DNA of 42,135 nucleotides from a virus, in IMG/VR virus record IMGVR_UViG_2811994932_000001, positions 1-42,135 of that record; one strand, 5' to 3'. The position numbers and the translations under genes were made by a program. This document shows, in pieces, positions 1 to 6,315 of this stretch (position 1 is the stretch's first letter; every line of letters starts with the position of its first letter). Below the pieces are notes generated by a model that had not been told where the DNA came from, made no database searches, and worked only from the letters and a program-made list of their open reading frames with translations.

Positions 1-1179
1 TCAGAGAATATTCAACCCGTTATCCCGCGCGACCTCGACGAAAGCCTCTCCCACATGCCGGATCTGCTTTTCGGTCAGCCCGAAGGTGTTGAACTTCCAG
101 ACCCTGGTGGAGCCGGGGATGACACCCGTGATACCCCGCTTCTTCATGTCGCTTGAGAGGAAGAAACCACGCTTCTTGTGCCGCTCCGCCACCGTATCGA
201 AGGAGCCGCGAGTATCGATCCTGGTCAGGGTGTGCTGCCTCGGGTAGTCGGAGAGCACCTTCGTTCCCTCGATGGAAAGGAGGGCATCCGTGACCGCCTG
301 CGAGTGCGCCACCTCGGTATCCCAGTGCTGCACGCGCTCTTTAACATGGGGGCACGAGGCCAACATCCCGACCACGGTGCCGCCCATCAAGGTGCAACCC
401 ATCATCTCCACTTCCTTTAACCCGAACGTCCGACCGGTCACGTCCCCCTTCGCCTGTGTCGTCCGGAATACCCGCTCAGCGTGCTCCTTCGTCGTCGCGA
501 GGAGACCCGACGGCGCCGGGGCCGCCATGCTCTTGTGACCCGACCCTACCACGAAGTCGGCGCCGAGCGCCCCGCCGTCGACCGGCATGATCCCGACCGT
601 GTAGGCACCGTTGACGAGGACGGGGACGTCATACTGGTGGGCGACCTTTATGATCCCCGCAACGTCGTGGACGTTCCCGAACTGGTAGTCGACGTGGTCG
701 ACGAAGAGCAGCGGCGGCGTCCGCGAGAACTCCCGGATCACAGCCTCGATCTTCTCCGCGGCGGCATCGGGGGTGATGTGGTTCTTTTCGTCCTTTTGGA
801 TCTCCCGCGGGATCCCGCCCGCCTCCTCGACCGCCATGAACTCGGTGTAGTGGGCGAGCGCCGTGACGATGACCGGATCGCCTTTCTCCACGTAGGTGCT
901 CGCGACCGCCTGGAACCCCCGGCGTGCTCCCGGAACCACCCGCACCGCGTCCATGTTCAGCCACGCGGCAAGGTCCGCATGGAACTGCGCGATGGGTGGG
1001 TTTCTGATGTAGTCGAGCCTCGGGGGGTTTCGGCAATTATCGCAGACCGAGTACCCGTCGCCGAACGAGATCGCCGCTTTCATGGCTTCGGCGGTGAGCC
1101 GCCCGCCCGCCTGGATGGGGTCGATGTTGATGTACATCTCCTCGACGTCGCGGGCCTCGATATCGACTGCGCACTTCAT
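1..1179 (-). CDS. pscS: O-phosphoseryl-tRNA:Cys-tRNA synthase (SepCysS), host gene
   Basis: 392 aa; INIDPIQAGGRL, DGYSVCDNC, HYT, SGHKS (PLP lysine) and GCTLMG motifs typical of SepCysS. Confidence 0.92.
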   Translation of the reverse strand: MKCAVDIEARDVEEMYINIDPIQAGGRLTAEAMKAAISFGDGYSVCDNCRNPPRLDYIRNPPIAQFHADLAAWLNMDAVRVVPGARRGFQAVASTYVEKGDPVIVTALAHYTEFMAVEEAGGIPREIQKDEKNHITPDAAAEKIEAVIREFSRTPPLLFVDHVDYQFGNVHDVAGIIKVAHQYDVPVLVNGAYTVGIMPVDGGALGADFVVGSGHKSMAAPAPSGLLATTKEHAERVFRTTQAKGDVTGRTFGLKEVEMMGCTLMGGTVVGMLASCPHVKERVQHWDTEVAHSQAVTDALLSIEGTKVLSDYPRQHTLTRIDTRGSFDTVAERHKKRGFFLSSDMKKRGITGVIPGSTRVWKFNTFGLTEKQIRHVGEAFVEVARDNGLNIL

Positions 1180-1373
1180 CGCATCAGCTCCTCTTCGATG
1201 ATTGCTATCTGCCGCTTCACCTTCTCAAGGGAGGTTGCGGCACGCTTCTTCTGCGCTTCATCGAGGTCATGCTGCGGAGCGGTCTCCCGCAGCAGGAACC
1301 GGATGTCGGAGAGGAGGAAGAGTGCCTGAAAAACTGCATCAACGGCTCTTTTCGACACGAGATCACCATACAA
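1176..1373 (-). CDS. Small helical protein coupled to pscS; candidate truncated SepCysE-like partner
   Basis: 65 aa, amphipathic helices, ATGA overlap with pscS start; identity inferred from gene context only. Confidence 0.5.
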   Translation of the reverse strand: MYGDLVSKRAVDAVFQALFLLSDIRFLLRETAPQHDLDEAQKKRAATSLEKVKRQIAIIEEELMR

Positions 1374-1476
1374 ATATCAGTGAGGTTAATAATATAGTAG
1401 TATTAAGATAACAATTTGGCTGGCCCCTCAATGCAGGCCCCCCATCCTATTAGGTGAGCCCCACCTATATATCCCC

Positions 1477-1498
1477 GGTTCGAGTCCCGGCTATCGCA
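1477..1498 (+). other. tRNA 3' fragment (T-loop, acceptor 3' strand, discriminator); candidate att core, tRNA-Gly-like
   Basis: GGTTCGAGTCCCGGCTATCGCA; no matching 5' half (GCGATAG) within about 100 nt upstream; T-tract follows at about 1519-1530. Confidence 0.55.
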
Positions 1499-1538
1499 TC
1501 AGGGGTTCAAGTTCGGTTCTTTTTCTCTTTCCCGGCAA

Positions 1539-1808
1539 TTAGACCGCCCCGGCGATCACCATGATCATGATGAGCAGCCCGCCCGCGATCGCGGCAAGAG
1601 CCTGCCGGCGCTGTGCCTGGTACTCCTCCTCGGCCTGACGCGTCAGCTCGATTCCCAGCATTGCGAGCAAGCGCAGTGCGTCGAGGTCGCCGACCTCGAG
1701 GATCCTCGGCCTGAGATATATGCCGTCGATATCGGTGGCGAGGCGCCCGGCGTAGGTCCCTCGCGTCCAGTTGCCGCCGCGAGGTAGTTCGCTGACGGAA
1801 CTAGTCAT
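1539..1808 (-). CDS. Hypothetical protein with C-terminal transmembrane helix
   Basis: 89 aa ending ALAAIAGGLLIMIMVIAGAV. Confidence 0.6.
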   Translation of the reverse strand: MTSSVSELPRGGNWTRGTYAGRLATDIDGIYLRPRILEVGDLDALRLLAMLGIELTRQAEEEYQAQRRQALAAIAGGLLIMIMVIAGAV

Positions 1809-1965
1809 ACCCTAGTTCCTTTCGGCAGTCATCGCAGAGAGGCGGGCCGGAGCGACGAGTGAAAATCTCCCTACACCCGTGGCAGAGCCGGCCTAAACAA
1901 GGTTCAATACCTCTCCAGGCGATAGGGGAGCTGTCTTTGTCCCGATCAGATCTCTGATCTATCAT
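1801..1965 (-). CDS. Small CxxC...CxxC zinc-finger protein (not in ORF track)
   Basis: MIDQRSDRDKDSSPIAWRGIEPCLGRLCHGCREIFTRRSGPPLCDDCRKELGYD, 54 aa; end overlaps the next ATG (1808). Confidence 0.5.
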   Translation of the reverse strand: MIDQRSDRDKDSSPIAWRGIEPCLGRLCHGCREIFTRRSGPPLCDDCRKELGYD

Positions 1966-2014
1966 CACCGTTACGATCTACCCCGGCGGGCATAACCCTT
2001 CCGGCCGGACCGGC

Positions 2015-2022
2015 AAAAAAGA
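2015..2022 (-). terminator. Oligo-T terminator candidate after the tail/lysis operon
   Basis: TCTTTTTT a few nt downstream of the stop at 2027. Confidence 0.4.
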
Positions 2023-2026
2023 GGGA

Positions 2027-2281
2027 TTATTTCAGCGCGTAGACGAGCAGCCCCGATACAAGGGCCGCGACGATGGCGAACACGCCCGACATCAGCCAGG
2101 AGGGGCGGGAGTATTGCATCACCGTCAGACCGTCGATCTTCCCGTAGATCCCGTCGACCCGCTCCTGGATGTAGGCAAGCCGGTAATCCAGCCCCTTCGC
2201 CCGCTCCTCCTGCGCCGCGACCGCCTTCTCAAGGGAGGTGATCCGGCCGAGGACCTCCCCGCGCTCGTCATCCCAGGCCAT
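2027..2281 (-). CDS. Holin-like protein (coiled coil plus C-terminal TM, XhlA-like architecture)
   Basis: 84 aa, heptad N-terminus, single C-terminal TM, last gene of the tail operon. Confidence 0.6.
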   Translation of the reverse strand: MAWDDERGEVLGRITSLEKAVAAQEERAKGLDYRLAYIQERVDGIYGKIDGLTVMQYSRPSWLMSGVFAIVAALVSGLLVYALK

Positions 2282-2282
2282 T

Positions 2283-2417
2283 CTACTCCTCTGCCGCGAG
2301 GGCTGCCGCGACCATCTCCGGCAGGTTGCCTAGAGCAGGGACGTTCTCGATCGTCCGCCGCCCCTCCCGGATCTGCCGGACCCAGATCTTGACGAGCCCG
2401 GAGTCTACCGTGAACAT
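2283..2417 (-). CDS. XkdX/CD1375-like small phage protein (not in ORF track)
   Basis: MFTVDSGLVKIWVRQIREGRRTIENVPALGNLPEMVAAALAAEE, 44 aa; TAATG overlap with the upstream gene. Confidence 0.7.
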   Translation of the reverse strand: MFTVDSGLVKIWVRQIREGRRTIENVPALGNLPEMVAAALAAEE

Positions 2418-2800
2418 TACGCCCCACCTGCGAGGAGCAGCGACATCTCCACAATGGCATCCTCAAGTTCCTGCGTCCGCCGGCGGAGACCCGGGGCCTC
2501 GGTCGCCTCGGTCATCCCGGCCTGCGCCCATGCCCGGATCTCCCCCTCGTTCGCGGCGAGGTAGGCGAGACCCGCTGCGGACAGGACCGGGCGGTATTCG
2601 CCGGGCTCGATATACTCCGGCTCCGGGAGCGGGACCCAGAGCACCTGCTCCTGATACTCCCACTCCGTGCGCGTGCCCATGTCGTCGGTGATCTCCTTCT
2701 GTACTGCGTCCCAGTGCACCAGCAGCCGCACCCGTCCGTCCTGGACGATGTCGGGCTGCAGGGTTTCGGGCTCTACGGTGCTGCCAACCAGCCTGGCCAT
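2417..2800 (-). CDS. Tail fibre-associated protein/chaperone (XkdW-like position)
   Basis: 127 aa, C-terminal ELEDAIVEMSLLL helix, directly upstream of the XkdX-like gene. Confidence 0.55.
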   Translation of the reverse strand: MARLVGSTVEPETLQPDIVQDGRVRLLVHWDAVQKEITDDMGTRTEWEYQEQVLWVPLPEPEYIEPGEYRPVLSAAGLAYLAANEGEIRAWAQAGMTEATEAPGLRRRTQELEDAIVEMSLLLAGGA

Positions 2801-3837
2801 TTCATTCCTCCTGTAGTTACTGCGTGTTTCACTGCTGTACGAATCGCGGGGTTCTCGTAGAGATACTTCCGCCCGAAGTTGTGACAGTCACAATGCTTTA
2901 ACCACCCATGATATGCCCCCAGAGAACCCAGAATCGCGTCCGGGCTCATCGTCAAGTAGTTCTGCTCGATCTCGCGGACCTTCTTCTTCAGCCGGCGAGC
3001 CGAGGATTTCCGGAGGATCGTGTGCGTCCTGAACGTGCGATACCCAAGGAAATCTACCCCGCAGCGGTCGACCGGGAAGATCGACGTTTTCGGGTTCAGC
3101 CGGAGCCCGAGCGTGTCGAAGAACTCCTCGATCCGGTGGAGGACCTCCTGCAGCCACCCCTTATCGCGGTGCAGAACCACGCCATCGTCGCAGTACCGGA
3201 TGTAGTACCGCGCCCGCATCTTCTCCTTCAGCCAGTGATCGAACGGCGTTAAGTACAAGTTCGAGAAGTACTGCGAGAGGTAATTCCCGATCGGCACACC
3301 TGCGTTCGGCGAGCTGTAGATCACGTCCCGGAGGACCTCGAGCACGCTCCGGTCTTTCACCGTCCGCTGCACGATCTCGTACATCTTGTCCGGCCGGATC
3401 GAGGGGTAGAACTTCGAGATGTCGAATTTCAGGCAGTACCGGGTCCGGTCGGTGTCCATCATGAACCGGCGGAGCCGATACGAGCCCGCATGCAAGCCCT
3501 TACCCGGAATTGCCGAATAGAGGTCGTGAATGAACTGCCGATCCCAGATCGGCTGCATCACCTGCATGACCGCGTGATGGATGATCCGGTCGGGATAGTA
3601 CGGGAGCTTGTAGATCGTCCGCTGCTTCGGCTCGTAGATGACTTTCGTCGTGTAGGGCGAGGTCGCGAACGTTCCGCTGACGAGTTCCTCCTGTAGTTCG
3701 CGGAGATAGTAATCCGGGTCCGCATCAACCAGTTTCACCGCGTAATAGTGCGTCTTGCCTTTGCGGGCGTTCTGGTGCGCTCTCCGGAGGTTATCAATCG
3801 ATACCAGGGTCGAGAAGAGGTCGCCGCGGCGCTTCAT
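2773..3837 (-). CDS. DGR reverse transcriptase
   Basis: 354 aa; DRIIHHA, KFDISKFYPSI, GVPIGNYLSQ, YIRYCDD, DFLGY motifs; adjacent TR/VR pair. Confidence 0.97.
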   Translation of the reverse strand: MKRRGDLFSTLVSIDNLRRAHQNARKGKTHYYAVKLVDADPDYYLRELQEELVSGTFATSPYTTKVIYEPKQRTIYKLPYYPDRIIHHAVMQVMQPIWDRQFIHDLYSAIPGKGLHAGSYRLRRFMMDTDRTRYCLKFDISKFYPSIRPDKMYEIVQRTVKDRSVLEVLRDVIYSSPNAGVPIGNYLSQYFSNLYLTPFDHWLKEKMRARYYIRYCDDGVVLHRDKGWLQEVLHRIEEFFDTLGLRLNPKTSIFPVDRCGVDFLGYRTFRTHTILRKSSARRLKKKVREIEQNYLTMSPDAILGSLGAYHGWLKHCDCHNFGRKYLYENPAIRTAVKHAVTTGGMKWPGWLAAP

Positions 3838-4145
3838 GAGGCAAGCCCCCGCAGCCCTGCCGACAGGAGAGAGCGTTCCGCCGCGCTGACGCGAGTACCA
3901 GCACTCTCCTGTGGACGGGTTTTGTCTTTGGCCCCGACATCGTCGGGACTCGGGTCAGTGCGCTGTTCAGGGCCGCTCAGTCGGAACCTGAGCTCGACGT
4001 GGGTGCCATTGTTGCGATTGGAATTCGAGACCGTGTTATTCGCATTCCGATAGCCGGGACCTGCATTCCGCGCATTATTCCAATTGCCCCCTGCAAGCAG
4101 GAGAAGAGGAAGGCCCCCACAGTGTCGCGCACGAACCAGTATCAT
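3834..4145 (-). CDS. ORF spanning the DGR template repeat and spacer (translation uncertain)
   Basis: 103 aa open frame, purine-rich GGGGGAGGGGAG upstream of ATG, ATGA overlap with RT. Confidence 0.35.
   Translation of the reverse strand: MILVRARHCGGLPLLLLAGGNWNNARNAGPGYRNANNTVSNSNRNNGTHVELRFRLSGPEQRTDPSPDDVGAKDKTRPQESAGTRVSAAERSLLSAGLRGLAS
3993..4102 (-). repeat. DGR template repeat (TR)
   Basis: 110 bp ungapped match to 4494-4603; AAC/AAT-rich; 29 coding-strand adenines. Confidence 0.97.
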
Positions 4146-4164
4146 TGTTTGCTCCCCTCCCCCT

Positions 4165-4455
4165 TCAAGTTAGCGTATAGTACCGGTTGATTTTCCGAAT
4201 GGTCGCGACAAACGGCAGATGCTCTTTATACCGTTCCAGTTGATCAGAGATGACCTCAGACCCGGTGAACAGGACGTGCGTCTCCCCACCCATCTCGAAC
4301 TGCACGGTCGTATACCGCGCGTTCTCCTTGAACTTGCTTTGACCTCGCTTGAAATCGAGAATCAGAACCTCCTGGTTCAGCACATCGTCAATGCCCATCT
4401 TCTTTCCGTCGAGAGGTTTCTCCTCCGTCGCGAAATCAGAAAATTTGGGGTGCGT
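4165..4455 (-). CDS. Small DGR-linked accessory protein, not Avd-like; start at ATG 4398 or ACG 4455
   Basis: Open frame HPKFSDFATEEKPLDGKKMGIDDVLNQEVLILDF...RKINRYYTLT; GGAGGTG lies 7 nt before ACG 4455. Confidence 0.75.
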   Translation of the reverse strand, partial: THPKFSDFATEEKPLDGKKMGIDDVLNQEVLILDFKRGQSKFKENARYTTVQFEMGGETHVLFTGSEVISDQLERYKEHLPFVATIRKINRYYTLT

Positions 4456-4469
4456 CTTATCACACCTCC

Positions 4470-5840
4470 TTATGCCTCTTCAGGGGGCCGGAACTCGACG
4501 CGGGCGCCATCGGAGCGAGCGGAAGACGAGACCGCGTTATTCGCATTCCGAGAGCCGGGACCCGCAGTCCGCGCATGACGCCAAGCGCCCCCCGCAAGCA
4601 GGATTCTGTCTCCGGTTGGCGCGTACCAATTGTCGCACAGATACGTGCTGTCCGATCCGGTTACCGCCGACGGCATGGCAGCCATGCCGCCGAGTTCGTC
4701 TTCCAGCAGCCCCGAGACATAGCCGCTCACCTGCGGGACACCCGATCCTGCTTCATAGGACCCATCGGCCATTGTCCCTGCGAGAGTCCCCGATCCATCG
4801 CGCTTGATGGTGCGGAAGATGCCGCCGGCCTTGAAGTTGCATCCGATGATGAACTTCCAGTCGTTGCCGTAGGGGTTCTCGATCCCTCTCCAGCAGATCG
4901 GGGTCTGCCCGTTCGTTCCGGACCCTACTCCGGTGCCGTTCTCCGCCAGCCGGGAGTCGATACTATCCGCACCGGTGTACTTTCCGGCAAACTTGGTGCC
5001 GCTCGCCAGGTCAACGATCCCTTTTCCGAGCGCAGTCTGGATGTCAAACGTCCCGAACTCCAGATACATCAGGAGTTGGTCGCCGACGTAGTCCCAGAAG
5101 TTCGTGATCCCGAACCCGGTGCCGACGAGGCTCGCGCACTTCTCCGCGATGGTGATGGTGAACTCACCCTCTCTTGTAAGGGTGATGTCAGGCACGTTGG
5201 CGTCGATCAGTCCGGGATACGGATCCCAGTCGGCATGTTCAACAGTGTCTCCCGAGTTCCCCGTCACCGGCTTCTTCCCAGCAGCGCTGCCGAGTTTGAA
5301 GGCGCCCGCGTCAACATACCCATACGCCTCGTAAGCCCCGGAATACAGGTAGTCCGTTGCCGTCGGATCCAGCGGGTCGCCGCGCTGCATGAACGCCGGC
5401 CACAGGGTGAACCCGACGTGCGGCTCTGCGGAGAACCAGTGCCGGAAGTAGGGGTATTTGCACTCGAACTTGTGGTAGTACTTCGGCTTCCGGACCAGCA
5501 CATCGCCGGCGGTGCCGTCGAGCACAAGCCCGTCCCCCCGGCCATTGGGTGAGAGCGTTATCTCCCCGGTCGTCCGGTCCCGGGTGCAGCGGCGGCGGTC
5601 GAAGATCAGATGCTTGTCGAAGTAGTCACTCGGCAGGCTGGTGATATATCGGCCTCCTCCGTCGATCCTGCGGAGCACCGGACTGGTGGAAGATGCGTCC
5701 CACTCAAACCCGATGACATCCCCGGAGTATGGGCGTTTCACGAAGTCGACCAGTTTGTTCCCCGGCGCGACGATCTTCGAGTTCATGGTGTCTGCGTGCA
5801 CCGGATCGGTTGTCAGGATATTCTGGAATGATTCTATCAT
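4470..5840 (-). CDS. DGR target: tail adhesin/receptor-binding protein with C-terminal CLec-type variable region
   Basis: 456 aa; WRGIENPYGN and ILLAGGAW...GARVEF motifs; VR at the extreme C-terminus; follows the tail-collar gene. Confidence 0.9.
   Translation of the reverse strand: MIESFQNILTTDPVHADTMNSKIVAPGNKLVDFVKRPYSGDVIGFEWDASSTSPVLRRIDGGGRYITSLPSDYFDKHLIFDRRRCTRDRTTGEITLSPNGRGDGLVLDGTAGDVLVRKPKYYHKFECKYPYFRHWFSAEPHVGFTLWPAFMQRGDPLDPTATDYLYSGAYEAYGYVDAGAFKLGSAAGKKPVTGNSGDTVEHADWDPYPGLIDANVPDITLTREGEFTITIAEKCASLVGTGFGITNFWDYVGDQLLMYLEFGTFDIQTALGKGIVDLASGTKFAGKYTGADSIDSRLAENGTGVGSGTNGQTPICWRGIENPYGNDWKFIIGCNFKAGGIFRTIKRDGSGTLAGTMADGSYEAGSGVPQVSGYVSGLLEDELGGMAAMPSAVTGSDSTYLCDNWYAPTGDRILLAGGAWRHARTAGPGSRNANNAVSSSARSDGARVEFRPPEEA
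4494..4603 (-). repeat. DGR variable repeat (VR)
   Basis: 19 mismatches to TR, all at TR adenines (9 A>G, 8 A>C, 2 A>T), none at 81 non-A positions. Confidence 0.97.
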
Positions 5841-5852
5841 CGTTGTTCCTCC

Positions 5853-6233
5853 TCAGAACTGCTCGGTCCACTGTACCTCGAACCGGGTATCCGCGTCTTT
5901 CGCCTTCGGCGAGAAGTTCTTGTACGCGACAAGACTCCCGTCGGCGTCAATCAGCCCGCAGGTCGAGACGATCTGCCCGACCTCGTGAGCGTAATCCAGC
6001 CGGCCGACGATCGTGCAGACCATCCCGTTTGCCGTCACACTGGAGACCGGCCGGAGGGTCCCGAACTGTCCCGGAACAGTCGTCCGGTTGTCGTCTACTG
6101 CGATCGGGTTTCCGCCGGCGTCGTGCCCGCCGTTCCCGAACGCCAGGTGCGTGATCCGCGGCAGGATGCCAGTCTGGTGCGCCGCAGCGAACTTTGCCCG
6201 GCCCACCTTAGTCGTCGTGATGATCTCTGTCAT
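5853..6233 (-). CDS. Tail-collar fibre N-terminal domain protein (DUF3751-like)
   Basis: 126 aa; IITTTKVGRAKFA..ITHLAFGNGG..GLIDADGSLVAYKNFSPKAKD pattern. Confidence 0.75.
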   Translation of the reverse strand: MTEIITTTKVGRAKFAAAHQTGILPRITHLAFGNGGHDAGGNPIAVDDNRTTVPGQFGTLRPVSSVTANGMVCTIVGRLDYAHEVGQIVSTCGLIDADGSLVAYKNFSPKAKDADTRFEVQWTEQF

Positions 6234-6315
6234 GGTTCTCTTCCTCTGAATTCTGTTCGTTGCGCTTCACAACCCGCAATTCCATCGAGAAACGCGGTTT
6301 AATCTCTGTCCTCAT
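6208..6315 (-). CDS. Possible 35-aa peptide bridging baseplate and tail-collar genes
   Basis: MRTEIKPRFSMELRVVKRNEQNSEEENHDRDHHDD; ATGA overlap with the upstream stop. Confidence 0.3.
   Translation of the reverse strand: MRTEIKPRFSMELRVVKRNEQNSEEENHDRDHHDD

Noticed and set aside
1386-1406. TTAATA..TATTAA inverted repeat upstream of the pscS operon as an operator
   Set aside because: Short and AT-rich; indistinguishable from ordinary TATA/BRE promoter sequence
1411-1500. Complete tRNA gene
   Set aside because: No complementary 5' acceptor strand, D-arm or anticodon arm can be built, and the T-stem is imperfect upstream of 1477
2773-3837. RT as group II intron, retron or Abi RT
   Set aside because: No maturase/endonuclease extension or intron ends; the adjacent TR/VR pair with strictly adenine-specific differences identifies a DGR
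4840-4875. GNDWKFIIG in the adhesin looked like a D/I swap of a canonical GNIWKFIDG
   Set aside because: Could be ordinary family variation; not decidable without an alignment
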